From the NCBI GenBank assembly GCA_964016885.1, contig CAXHJY010001514.1, positions 62,001 through 126,000 of the forward strand: DNA of 64,000 bases, in the 5' to 3' direction. Under the pieces are notes generated by a model, which saw only the letters and a list, made by a program, of their open reading frames with translations, was not told where the DNA came from and made no database searches. This document shows positions 39,035-52,691 of the stretch, piece after piece; position 1 is the first letter of the stretch; each line of letters opens with the position of its first letter. Made by a program: the position numbers and the translations under genes. The stretch comes from Eledone cirrhosa (lineage: Eukaryota).

Positions 39035-41131
39035 AAATGGGAGAAAGACAGTCTCCCCCACATCGATCCAATAGAGGTACCAGCAGTGTTAGTCGAAGGT
39101 AGTGTAATAAGTAAGGCAATCAAAGATATGAAGACGGGTAAGGCGGCTGGGCCTTCGGAAATAGTTGCTGAAATGCTGAAAGCATCTGGAACGGTGGGAC
39201 ACACTATAGTCACCCGGATAGTAAACCAAGTCATACAGAATGGGGTCGTTCCGAAGGACTGGCATAGCAGCATCATCATTAACTGCTACAAGGGTAAAGG
39301 AGATGCCCTAGATAGGGGTAACTAAAGAGGCATTAAATTAATCAACCAGGTCATGAAGGTCACAGAAAAAGTTATAGCGCAACTAATCAGAGAACGAATT
39401 GATCTAGATGAAATGCAGTTCAGGTTTGTGTCAGGTAAAAGTACCACAGACGCTCTTTTCATTGTACGACAACTACAGGAGAAGTACCTAGCTAAAAGTA
39501 AACCCCTATACTTAGCTTTTGTTGACTTGGAGAAAGCCTTTGACAGAGTCCCTGTTCCATTATCTGGTGGGCTCTTAGAAAACTAGGTGTTGATGAATGG
39601 CTTGTGAGAGCTATACAAGCCATGTATAAAGAAACAGTCAGCAAGGTTAGAATTAACAACGAATATAGTGAAGAGTTTAGCATAAAAGTTGGTGTTCATC
39701 AGGGCTCCGTTCTTAGCCCCCTACTATTTATTATTGCCCTTCAGGCTATAAGAGAGGAGTTCAAGACCGGCTGCCCATGGGAACTCCTATATGCAGATGA
39801 TCTAATGCTCATAGCTGAGTCAATGGTTGAACTAGAGAAGAAATTCCAAACATGGAAGCATGGCCTAGAATCAAAAGGCCTTAAAGTTAACTTGTCTAAG
39901 ACTAAAGTTCTAGTATGTAGGAAGGAAAATAGGGCACCGGTCCCATCTGGGAAATGGCCATGCTCAGTGTGTAGGAAAGAAGTAGGCAGAAACTCCATTT
40001 TATGTCCCAAATGCAAAGTATGGGTGCATAAAAGATGTAGTGGGATCACAGGTAAGCTAACTAAGAATATAGATTTTATATGTGGCCGGTGCTCTGGTGC
40101 AATAAGTAGTAGCAAGTGACCACAGAATACTAGCTCATTCCATTGCACAGATGGTTCTATAGAAATAGTGGACACCTTCCGTTACCTGGGTGACAAAATC
40201 AGCAGTGGTGGAGGGTGCTCTGAAAGTACAGTAGCTAGAGTCAGAACGGGATGGAAAAAGTTCAGAGAGCTTATACCACTATTGGCCGCTAAAGGGTTCT
40301 CTCTAAAAATGAAAGGCAGGCTGTATGATGCCTGCATACGAACAACAATGTTACATGGCAGTGAGACCTGGGCATTGTGTGCACAGGATATACGCGGACT
40401 GGAGAGAAACGAAGCTTCCATGCTCCGCTGGATGTGTAATAGTAATATACGTGAACGGCAAAGCATAAAGGAACTAAGGGAGAAATTAGGAATAAAAGGG
40501 ATCAGATGTTGTTTACTCGAGAGAAGACTACGTTGGTACGGTCACGTGATGCGCATGAAAGACGACAGCTGTATAAAAAAGTGCAGGGCGATAAAAATAG
40601 ACGGTAGCCACAGAGTAGGCAGACCCAGAAAAACCTGGGACAACTTGCTAAACTCCGACCTCACACACTTACACCTCTCGAAGACAATGTCACTGGACCG
40701 AGATCTTTGGCGCTACACAGTCATTCAGAAGACCCGCCTTGCCTAAGTACAAAGCGAAACCTACAGTCAGTAGGCACCTCTAACAAAATATACCCTCGTC
40801 CCACTACCCCCATCCCATCCACACCACCCCCTTAAATGTGAAGTTATGTTGGTACCACAACATCCAGTCCGAAACAAATGAGGTCGTGTAGGTGTCACGA
40901 CAAAAAAACACACAGTCCACACTGTAATGTGGCCATGTAGGTAACACGGTAAAAACCTTCCAGTCCACACTGTAAATGTGGTTGGTGTTAGGAAGGGCAT
41001 CCAGCTGTAGAATACCCGCCAGACAGTCCTATACGAGCAGGACAACCAATCTTGCCTCAAGTGGGAAAACTCCCGTCCAAACCCATGCAAGTGTGGAAGA
41101 TGGACGTTAAACGATGATGATGATGATGATG
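39035..41131 (+). mobile_element. 5'-truncated, disrupted RTE LINE (family A): RT, PHD finger, C-terminus, 3' UTR
   Basis: KAAGPS, FVDLEKAFDRV, GVHQGSVLSP, LLYADD and RLRWYGHV motifs; stops at 39323 and 40117 and a frameshift near 39555; (GAT)n tail; (TA)n at the 5' junction. Confidence 0.95.
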
Positions 41132-41194
41132 ATATATATATTAATATATATAAATAATTGTAATGACAGAATATGTTGCATACTAATGATTTCT

Positions 41195-41420
41195 CTCACA
41201 CACACTCTCTCCCCTCTCCTCTCTCTCTCCCCTCTCCCCTCTCTCTCCCCTCTCTCTCCCCTCTCTCTCCCCTCTCCTCTCTCTCTCCCCTCTCTCTCCT
41301 CTCTCCTCTCTCTCTCCCCTCTCTCTCTCTCACCCCTCTCTCTCCCCTCTCTCCCCCCCTCTCTCTCTCTCCCCTCTCTCTCCCCCCTCTCTCTCTCCCC
41401 TCTCTCTCCCCTTCTCTCTT
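41195..41420. repeat. CT-rich polypyrimidine tract
   Basis: Direct reading. Confidence 0.9.
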
Positions 41421-41764
41421 TTCTCACATGTGTACATACATGCACATACACACATATCATCATCATCATCATTTCATTTTTACGTCCGCTTTTTCCCTGC
41501 TTGCAAGGGTGCAGATACATATACATACACATACAGATATATATATATACATACATGCACACATTAACACATTAAAAATGTTAACAATTTGTTGTGTTGT
41601 TATTACCTTGCTATATGGCCAGTAAATTTCAAACCCCTCACCATAATATTATAATAGCAATAATAATAAGAGTAACAGCCCCAATACTATAGACATGTCT
41701 CGGGAGAGAATCACTAGACAGATTTGAGTGATCACAGCTCTAATTTTAAAGACAAGTGGTTAAA

Positions 41765-42000
41765 ATGTCTCAGGAGAGTATCGCTGGACAGATTTTACGT
41801 ACAAAAACCAACCAGCAGGAGACCCAAGGGTAGACCCTGAGCAAGATGGTTGGATAACATCCATGAGCCTGGCTGGTGTCGATTGGGGATCCAACTAGAT
41901 CAATTAGATACAGTTACTTCTGACAGGACCTACTGGAAGGAGTGACTGAGGACTCTGAGCCATGAATCTTCCCAGGAATAAGTGAGCAAAGAGGAAGAAA
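41765..42000 (+). mobile_element. Decayed 3' end of an Expander/Rex3-like RTE LINE
   Basis: Translates to ...RRPKGRP*ARWLDNIHEPGWCRLGIQ...DRTYW, resembling the RRPRGRPRTRW...WERLGI...R.VW C-terminus. Confidence 0.65.
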
Positions 42001-42220
42001 ACCATTTTAAAACAAGAGCTTATTTTTATTTCATTGAATTCAAGGCAGGCTGTTAATAGAAATTATTAAAGCATCTTCCCTTTACAAAACGGTTGTATCT
42101 TGTCTCAACAAAGAAATATTCATGAAAATAAATCAGTTTCTTTTTTTTTCATCAAATTGAAAGTTTGAAATCTCTCAAAGAATAAACTAATAAAAATAAA
42201 AAAAAATTATATTTTTTAAA

Positions 42221-42666
42221 TGAAAACTATCCCTATTATCCATGAAAACTACCCCTATTATCCATGAAAACTACCCCTATTATCCATGAAAACTACCCCT
42301 ATTATCCATGAAAACTACCCCTATTATCCATGAAAACTATCCCTATTATCCATGAAAACTACCCCTATTATCCATGAAAACTACCCCTATAATCCATGAA
42401 AACTACCCCTATAATCCATGAAAACTACCCCTATTATCCATGAAAACTACCCCTATTATCCATGAAAACTATCCCTATTATCCATGAAAACTACCCCTAT
42501 TATCCATGAAAACTACCCCTATTATCCATGAAAACTACCCCTATTATCCATGAAAACTACCCCTATTATCCATGAAAACTATCCCTATTATCCATGAAAA
42601 CTACCCCTATTATCCATGAAAACTACCCCTATTATCCATGAAAACTACCCCTATTATCCATGAAAA
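42221..42666. repeat. 22-bp minisatellite (tgaaaactacccctattatcca), about 20 copies
   Basis: Direct reading. Confidence 0.95.
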
Positions 42667-43046
42667 CACAACACACACAAACCTGAAATGAAATTCTCTC
42701 CAAAATAAATTAATATACTCTACCAATAAAGTCACTATTTTTAGCATTAGTCTATTTTATTTGTTCTTTGTGTCCTTTATACTCCTCTCTCTCTCTCTCT
42801 ACTAAAGTATTTGTTTCTGATATAAAACTGAGATTCCTGGAGACTATAAATATTCATAGGAATCCAATGGAAATTTCACAAAAAATATTCCAAATAGTTC
42901 TATTTTGTTCATTGGGATTCATGTTGTTCACTCTTATCTCTCTTATTATTATCTTTTCCTTTGATTTCACTTTATGTGCAATGACTACCAAGTATCGACC
43001 AGATACTTAGGGCAGGTGTCATTGGTTTTGATAGTTTTCGATAGCT

Positions 43047-43260
43047 TCATCATCATCTTCATTTTCGCCCTCATATTCCTGAGAAGGTTGTTGGGGTCAG
43101 TCTCCTGAAACACTCCTTCCAGCAGGTTCTGTCAGAAGCAAGCATCTCCAACTCATCCGGCTGGATCTCCAAGCAAGACCAGCCAAGCTCATGGATGTTA
43201 TCCAACCATCTTGCTCAGGGTCTACCCCTGGGTTTCCTGCCGGTAGGTTTTGCTCATAAA
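43047..43260 (-). mobile_element. Second Expander/Rex3-like 3' end, inverted relative to 41765-42000
   Basis: ctcatggatgttatccaaccatcttgctcagggtctaccc is the reverse complement of 41828-41867; (GAT)n-like tail. Confidence 0.65.
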
Positions 43261-43586
43261 AATTTGGAGAAATAGCAGCTCAAATGTTTATATTTGAATT
43301 TAAAATTTGATATAATTTTATGTAAGGATATTTTCTAAACTTTTAACCACCTGTACCATATGAAACTACATTGCTAGAGTCTAGGCATCTTTATTATATA
43401 TAGAAACGACTTCTAGAGGACTAGAACTGTTTCATGTGTATGAAATCATCAGGACATTCGAGTGAGATCGAAAGAAGTCATGAAGACAAACTGACCCAAG
43501 TTTGATAAATAAATCTTAAAAAATAAAACTACTGTGTTATTTTGTCCTAGACAGTAATCTTGCAAACAAATATCGTTCGCACCCTG

Positions 43587-44023
<437 letters not shown>

Positions 44024-44024
<1 letters not shown>

Positions 44025-44068
44025 CTCCGATGATTCCAGACTTCCCTCTGGAAGAAACAATTGTTAGC
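44024..44068 (+). ncRNA. Hammerhead motif with a CCGAUGA core variant
   Basis: gct-CCGATGA-ttccaga(cttccc)tctggaa-GAAA-caattg-TT-agc: perfect 7-bp stem II, palindromic stem III, GUU site. Confidence 0.65.
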
Positions 44069-44137
44069 TAATAAATGTTCTAAACTAAAATTTGATCGTT
44101 TTAACACTTTGTATATATATATATATATGTGTGTGTG

Positions 44138-44175
<38 letters not shown>

Positions 44176-44570
44176 AGGGATAACAAAATATCGTTATAGG
44201 TAATCCAGTAAGAGGTTGTGAATACTCCATATTGTGGATAGTTTTAGCGTACAGCGTTGTTTGACTCAACAAGAAGTATATGTAGGTGGCGAGTTTATGA
44301 GTTCTCTTGTATTCCTATGTAAGTTTATCTTGGAGTAATAATATTGAAAAAGTGAAGAATAACATGGTCAACAGTACAAAAAAGGGATTTATTTACAGTC
44401 TGACAATTGTTTCACTGATTAAGTTGTCTAAAAATTGCTGAACACTTGAAGCAGTGCCACTCAATTTTAAATATGTTGTTAGCTTAACCAGATCATCGGA
44501 GATAACAACAACAGTTATCTCCGATGATCTGGTTAAGCTAACATCGTATTTGACCATGTTATTTTTCAAT
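44176..44570 (-). mobile_element. PLE-end cassette with hammerhead (CCGAUGA core, 44399-44502) and inverted tail
   Basis: Minus strand: tct-CCGATGA-tctggttaag...cttaatcagt-GAAA-caattg-TC-aga. Hairpin at 44477-44543; ACTC...TTGAGT at 44264-44294; (TA)n flanks. Confidence 0.6.
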
Positions 44571-44947
44571 ATATATATATATATTTGAGTGTAAATATAT
44601 ATTTATATATATATATATATTTGAGTGTAAATATATATATATATATTTGTGTGTAAATATATATATATATATATTTGTGTGTAAATATATATATATAGAT
44701 ATATATTTGTGTGTAAATATATATATATATATATTTGTGTGTAAATATATATATATATATATTTGTGTGTAAATATATATATATATATATATGTATATAT
44801 AATGTGTGTGTGTACATATATATGTATAAACCCATGCTAGCATGGAAGATAGACGTTAAACGATGATGATGATGATATATATATGTATTTGTATATATAT
44901 ATATATATATATATATGTTATATATACATATATAAGTTATATATACA

Positions 44948-46388
44948 TCATCATCATCACCGTTTTACGTCCGTTCTCCCATGCTAGCATGGGTTAGACG
45001 GGTTGTCCTGTTGTGGGCAGTGTCTGGTCGGCTGACCATGCCTTGCTCGTACAGGAACTGATTTTGGGTTGATTTCTACAGCTGGATGCCCTTCCTAACA
45101 CCAACCTCATTTACAGTGAGTGCTGGGTGCTTTTTTCCGTAGCGCCTCCACGGCCACTTTACAGTGTGGGCTGGGTGTTTTTTTGCCATGGCATCTCCAC
45201 GACCACTTTGCAGTGGGAGGTTGTGGGGGCATATTGTCTATATGCTTCAGCTTGTAACCATGGGAGGTTGGGTACTCTGTATTACTGCGTGACGCCAGAG
45301 GTCATCACCTTTGAGAGGTGTAATTGGGTAAGGTCGGCTTTTATCACCTCATCCCAGGTCTTCTTGGGTTTCCCCACTCCACTGTTTCCCCACTGCACCT
45401 TTTTATGCAGCTGCCATCCTTCATACGCATCACATGTCCATACCAATGCAACTGCCTCTCCTGCACACAGCATTTGATTCCTCTTATGCTCAGTCTCTCT
45501 CTCAATTCATTTATGCTTTGCCGTTCGCGTATATTATACGCGAATTTGCACAGCTGCTACATGTGAAGCCTACATTCTTAATTAAGCTTCCTGAGATCCC
45601 GCTACATCTCTTGTGTACCCATTGTTTGCATTTGGGGCAGAGAATGGAGTTCCTACCTACACCTTTCCTACATACTGAGCAAGGCCATTTCCCTGAGGGG
45701 ATCTGGGTTCTGTTTTCTAGTCTACTTACAAGGACCTTAGTCTTTGTCAGGTTGACTTTGAGACCCTTTCTTTCTAGTTCCTGCTTCCAAGTTTGGAATT
45801 TCTTCTCTAGTTCTACCATAGATTCAGCTATAAGTGCGAGGTCATCTGCATACAGGAGTTCCCATGGGCATCCGGTCTTAAACTCCTCCATTATTGCCTG
45901 TAGGACAATGATGAACAGGAGAGGGCTAAGAACAGAGCCCTGGTGGACACCAACCTGTACGCTAAATTCCCCGCTATACTTATTGCTAATCCTAACTTTG
46001 CTGACTGCTCCCCTATACATGGCTTTTACAGCTATCACAAGCCATTCATCTACTCCTAATTTTCTAAGAGCCCACCAGATTATAGCACGTGGAACTCTGT
46101 CAAAGGCTTTCTCGAGATTGACGAATGCCAAGTAGAGTGGCTTACTTTTAGCTAGGTACTTTTCCTGTAACTGCCTCACAAGGAAGAGGGCATCAGTGGT
46201 GCCTCTTCCTGGTACAAACCCAAATTGCATCTCATCTAGTTTCACCCGGTCCCTAATTAACTGTGCTATAACTCTTTCTGTTACCTTCATGACCTGCTCT
46301 ATCAGCTTTATACCTCTATAGTTTCCTCTATCTAATGCATCACCTTTAGCTTTGTAGCAGTTGACAATGATGCTACTGCACCAATCTT
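44948..46388 (-). mobile_element. 5'-truncated RTE LINE with an internal deletion
   Basis: ORF 46290-45511 has RT motifs and the PHD finger, then jumps at about 45540 to the ...IRERQS... region; 3' UTR and (GAT)n tail follow. Confidence 0.93.
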
Positions 46389-46921
46389 ATATATATATAT
46401 ATAAGTACCATTCGTTCAATTTCACACAATTCTTAACTTATCAAGAAGAACATTTTTTTAAAATGCTGTAGGAGTGATAAAACGATGGAGTGTAGAATAG
46501 ATATTAGATTAAATAACTTTAACATTTTAGAAAAGAATATAAAATTTTAAATTGAAAAATAATTCATGAATAATGGATGTCTTCCTTGAAGACATCTATC
46601 AAACTTGTGACTCACAAGATGAGAGATAAAACTAAAATAATACATTAAATTATTTACATGTTTGCATTAACAAGAAACAGGCTTAATCCGAGTCATTCTC
46701 AGGAGAAAGAATAAAAACGAAAGTATTCTCTCTCAAACCAAATACTCTTTCTATTAGCAAATATGTTATTAACTTTGTTGTGTATATATATATATATCAA
46801 TAAAAAATATATTATTAGCTTTGATATACATCTATGTATATATATTAACAAAAATATATTAGCATTGTTGTATATATATATATATATATACTAACAAAAA
46901 TGTTATTAGCTTTGTTATATA

Positions 46922-47320
<399 letters not shown>

Positions 47321-47457
47321 CATGTATATGTTAACTAATGTATTATTAGATTTACCTTTCTTATACATGTAATATATTAACAAATTGATAGACATATTGT
47401 TTCTGCCATGGCCCACTCTCTTCAATCTTTCTATTTCTTCTTTAATTTCTCATTCTA

Positions 47458-47493
47458 TCTTCTGATGAAGGACTAGTGTCTGAAACGTTAAGA
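47458..47493 (+). ncRNA. Hammerhead motif, family 1, in cassette 47435-47582
   Basis: tctt-CTGATGA-aggac(tagt)gtct-GAAA-cg-TT-aaga. Confidence 0.72.
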
Positions 47494-48999
47494 CTCTTTT
47501 CCTACTATATCAAGCGTAAAACTAATATATTTTTTTATTGTACTGTGTCGTTTGCTTTCTTATTTCTATTTGCCTTTTGCACACACACATATTCATTATT
47601 ATTTATATAAATACATATAATATTTCAGCTCTCTTCCCTATTGAGCACTGTTTTCCTTTTTCCTTTTCCACACTTATGGATATTTTCTACATATACATAA
47701 ATATATATCCATACATACAGAAACATGTAGACACACACACATATATACACATACATATATATACACATACATATATATACACATATACATATATACATAT
47801 CTCATTGTTACTTTGAAATCTTTTTTTGTCTTGTATATATTTTATGAAAGTATATCTCAAAATTATTGTTTGTTTGTTTTCTTCCCAAAATTAGTTAAGA
47901 CAAGACTACTGATTAGATGATAATAAAAAACTATATATTGATTATAATGAGAATAGCAGAAGATAGCTGCTAGCTGCTATCTTCTGCCTGCAACCATGTT
48001 CACTTGTTCTAACAATCTATATTAGATATATTTTACCTTACTCCCCAAACACTTGGATCAAAACTCTTAGATATTGCCCAAAACTTATTCCTTTCATCTT
48101 ATTTTATTTTATTTATTTAATTTTTACTTTGTTTTTTGTTTGTTTGTTTTTATTTGGGGGGGGGGGTCTATTTTTTTCTGTTTTTAAGATTTTTATTCCT
48201 GTTCTTCTAACTCTGCCTCAGGTAAATTATTCTGTAAAATAAAATTCATTTATGCATGGAATTTAATGAAAAGTTCAGACTGGAATGGTTGTGTTGTTAA
48301 GGAGCCTTTGGTGTAACTAAAGGGTTTTAGGTTCACTCTCACTGTGTGGCCCTTTAGACGATTATTACAGTATTAGAGTCACAGGTTCACCAATTCCTGG
48401 AGGGGGGGTGGGGGGCGGAATTTGGTAAATGGAAAGTGCAGACATTTTATATATATTATAGTGTAAGTGACTGAGTATTCCACAGACATGTGTATCTTTA
48501 GCATAATTCTCAGGGAGATTCAGTATGATGTGACTAAGTGGAACCTCATGATTATAAAGGGAATTTGTAGACTAGTCATCAATGCCTGTGTAAAAATATT
48601 ATTATAATGAAAAATCTGTTTTATATAAGGATTTCTACTTTAGGCACAAAACTACCAATTTGGGTGGTTGGGTGCGGGAGAAAATCAATTAAATGAACCC
48701 CATTTCTTCACTGGTATTTATTTTATCAACCCTTTAAATATGAAAAGCAAAGCTGACCTAAGCAGGATTTTAACTTGATGTAACTTAAAATGGGAAAATA
48801 CCATCATCATCATCACCACCAACACCATCACCATCACCACCACCACCACTACCATCACCACCATCATCACCACCACCACCACTATCATCATCATTTAACA
48901 TGTGTATATTATAAATGTTAAGACAACAGAAGAACTGATTTCTACAAGAACATTTATTTTTCAATGTGTATTAAGATTCAGATAATTATTTCAATATAT

Positions 49000-49305
49000 A
49001 TTGAAATATATACTCAATATATAATATATACTCAATATATACTCAATATATGTTATATACTCAATATATACTCAATATATATTATATATTCAATATATAT
49101 TCAATACATATCTCTATTTATATTCAATATATACTCATTATATATTATATACTCAATATATATTATATATCCAATATATATCCAATACATATCTCTATTT
49201 ATATTCAATATATACTCAATATATATTATATACTCAATATATATTATATATTCAATATATATCCAATACATATCTCTATTTATATCCAATATATATTTCT
49301 ATTCA
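49000..49305. repeat. AT-rich degenerate repeat (atatactcaatat)
   Basis: Direct reading. Confidence 0.8.
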
Positions 49306-49824
49306 ATATGTATTAAGATGGAGATATTTATTCCTAGAAATGTCAGTAACAACATTATTTCTATTTCTACCTGAATCTCTTGAAATTATCTTTATTTTCC
49401 TTCCTGTTGGAATCTCAGCAGGTTTTTAGCTACGAAGGGTTAACAACACATATAACAATGTAATTGGGCATACGTGTGTGTGTGCTTGCACATGCACTTG
49501 TATGTGTGTGTGTGTACATGTGTGTGCACCTGTGTGTACATGTGTGTGGATATGTGTACATGTGTGTGTGTTTCCACTAGTCTCAGGCAGCACCAGAGAG
49601 AGGGGGGGGGGGGCATCTAATGATAGAAAAAAAGGAACCCAAACTAGGGGGAGGAGGAAGGGGAGATAGGAGAGAGGGGGGGAGAGATTGAATTGTAACA
49701 TTTCTGGAAGAAACAACAAATAAGGATAAAATGACATTCAATTTTAGGAAAACATTTTTTAGAAATACTTAAAAAATATCATCTCTATCATTTTCTCTGC
49801 ATACATAATGTTGTTATTATGAGG

Positions 49825-50035
49825 GTGGGGAAGTGGTAGAATGTCAGACACCCTGCTTTGTGGTATAGAGTTACAGCCCTTTACGTTTGGGGTTCAAATC
49901 CCACCCAGGTTAGCTTTGCCTTCCATCCTTAAGGGGTTGATAAAAATAAAGCACCAGTAATGTACTGGGGTCAATGTAATCGACCCCCCCCCCCCCCCAA
50001 TTACTGGCCTTGTGCCTAAATCAGAAACCATTATT
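49825..50035 (+). mobile_element. tRNA-derived SINE (family of 1556-1742), near full length
   Basis: tggtagaat, B-box ggttcaaatcc, central domain and gccttgtgcctaaatcagaaaccattatt end. Confidence 0.8.
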
Positions 50036-50284
50036 GTAAAGAGGGATTAGCAGAATCAGTAGAGCACCAGACTTTGTGACATAGAGTTACGTCAGAATGA
50101 AAGGAAAACCTTGGTAGGATTTGAACTCAGAATGTAAAGGGACGTAACTATATGCCACAAAGCATGGTGTCCGATGCTCTACCAATTATTGCCAATCTAC
50201 TGCCAAAAGATAATAATAATAATAGATGTATAAAAGAAAAAGAGATTTTGATTGAAATATTAAACTTTTCACATGGATATTAAC

Positions 50285-50600
50285 CATGTACATGTGTATA
50301 TATACACATGTATATATACATGTGTATATATACATGTGTATATATACATGTATATATATACATATGTATATATACATGTCTATATACACATGTATATATA
50401 TACATGTATATATACATGTGTGTATATATACATGTGTATATATAGACATGTATATATACATGTATATATACACGTGTATATATACATGTGTATATATACA
50501 TGTATATATACATGTGTATATACACATGTATATACATGTGTATATACACAGGTATATATACATGTGTATGTGTACATGTGTATATATATATGTGTGTGTG
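50285..50600. repeat. (tacatgtgtata)-type palindromic microsatellite
   Basis: Direct reading. Confidence 0.85.
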
Positions 50601-51285
50601 AATGTGTATATATGCATGTGCCTGTGTGTCTATGTATGAGAGAGAGAGGTAGGTGGAAAGGGGTACATTTATAATGAAAGCGAGGGTTTAGTGGTTAGAG
50701 TATTGGGCTTGCGTTTGATTCTCAGACAGGGTGATGCCAATTTTGGTCGGTAACTAAAGGGCTAAAATGAGTGATTTTATTTCATAGAACCAGAGCCAGT
50801 TTTGGTAACTAAAGGGTTAATATATACTCACTACTATATTAAATTATCTTTCAAACTAAAATGATTTAAAGTTTGTCAAAATCTTCATTAGTTCTGAGAA
50901 GATCAGATGGAAGGATTTGCAGTAACTTTCCCTCTCTCTACACTTTCAGTTCAAAACTAACCAATGTCAACTTTGTCTTTCATCCTTTCAAGGTTGATAA
51001 AAGAATTACTAGTCGAGTCTAATACTGAGATTAATTCTCTCTCTCTCTCCCCCTCTCTCTCTCTCTCACCTAGAGAAAAGGATAGTCTACATTATAATAT
51101 CACAGTAGCACCCCTGCCACTCCACCAGGAGTTACAAATACATACACACACATACATATACATGAGCTCATACATACAAACATACATATATATATATATA
51201 TATGAGCTCATACATACACACACACATACATACATACACACACATACACATACATACATACATACACATACATACACACACATAC

Positions 51286-51318
<33 letters not shown>

Positions 51319-51477
51319 TACATACATACATGGTGGCTGCCAACTCGTTTTCGAGTACGACCACTACTTTATATCCATGTAGGAGAACCCCTACCGATGC
51401 GCTGAACGAGTGTGACTTTTTAGTCCAGCCAGCGACTTGAAAACTCTAGTACAAACTCTGATACATACATACATAGA

Positions 51478-51729
51478 TTTGCGAACAAAGAGCGCAGCTC
51501 CCTAATTCATAGTCTACAAATGGCTGCGATAGCTGGTACCTTCAAAATTTGCAAAACATTCTTGCGATTCAAGGGATGACAATTTCTTTTCTTTTACAAC
51601 CTTGCCACCAGGAAGGTGGCCGGTCAAAAAAAATATACTCGAAATTAAGAGAAAGAGTAACATACATACATACATACATACATACATACATACATACATA
51701 CATACATACATACATACATACATACATAC
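51478..51729 (+). mobile_element. 3' end of an RLE-type (R4/Dong-like) non-LTR retrotransposon in a (CATA)n microsatellite
   Basis: 51478-51579 translates to FANKERSSLIHSLQMAAIAGTFKICKTFLRFKG*, resembling the LQK...LGT.KI...L C-terminus of RLE elements; short 3' UTR, then (CATA)n. Confidence 0.55.
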
Positions 51730-52319
51730 CAAATCTACAACATCTAGCCACAAGGAAATTCAAGTTTTCTAACTTTATTTTATTTAGAAGTCGGCACATA
51801 TTCTAGCGACATTTAGCAATCTATAATTACTTTCTTATAGCTGTTAATCTTGCTGTATTTTGTAATAATCGTTAAGCCATGCCAGAACTACAGCAGCTTT
51901 TACATCTGTACACAATCAGGAAGAAGTAGAAAGCGGAGGTCAGATGAATTATGTACAGAATTCCAGATTGTTTGCACACCTGACTAGGATAAAAATGTGT
52001 CAACATACTCCCCACTGATTCTCTAAGATATAGGATTGTTAAAAGTAAAGAAAATAGAAAATTGTAAGAAATTGACTGTGAGGATTTGTTTTGTTTGAGA
52101 TATGACTGTCTCCAACTGTATGTTAGCTTTCAAACAAATATTTCACACACAAGTTTGAAACTCTCTCATCTTAACTGAATAACCTAAACTATTTCACTTG
52201 ACTATCATTTTTCAGTAAGATTATTAGATGAGAGTCTTCTTAATAAAGAAGTCAAAAATTACATATTTTTTAAATGAATCACTTTAGTATTTATATAAAA
52301 CTACTGGAAAATATTGGGG

Positions 52320-52550
52320 CATATTCCAAGTTAAAGATTGACTAAATCTCTTCAATGTGCTGTCCCAGCATGGCCACAGTCTAATGACTGAAATAAGTAA
52401 AACAATAAAAAAAAACATCATTATGTTTCAATTAATTTTGGAAAGATTTAATAAAATATTGAGAGATATTCCAAGTTAAAGATCAACAAAACCTCTTCAT
52501 GGCAGTGACCCAGCATGGCCACTGTCTAATGATTAAAATCAGTAAAATAA
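52320..52550 (+). mobile_element. Two tandem SINE 3' tails (ccagcatggccacagtctaatgactgaaa...)
   Basis: Direct repeat 52321-52410 / 52466-52550; resembles an octopod SINE tail from recall. Confidence 0.5.
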
Positions 52551-52691
52551 TTTTTAAAAAAAACATCTAATTTGGAAGTAAGTATTTTTCTTGTAAAATT
52601 ATATAAATTTGATACAACGAATAATTTAACCCTTCATTTCGACATTTGAATTAACAAACCATATGAAATCACATTAGCAACACATTCTTAA

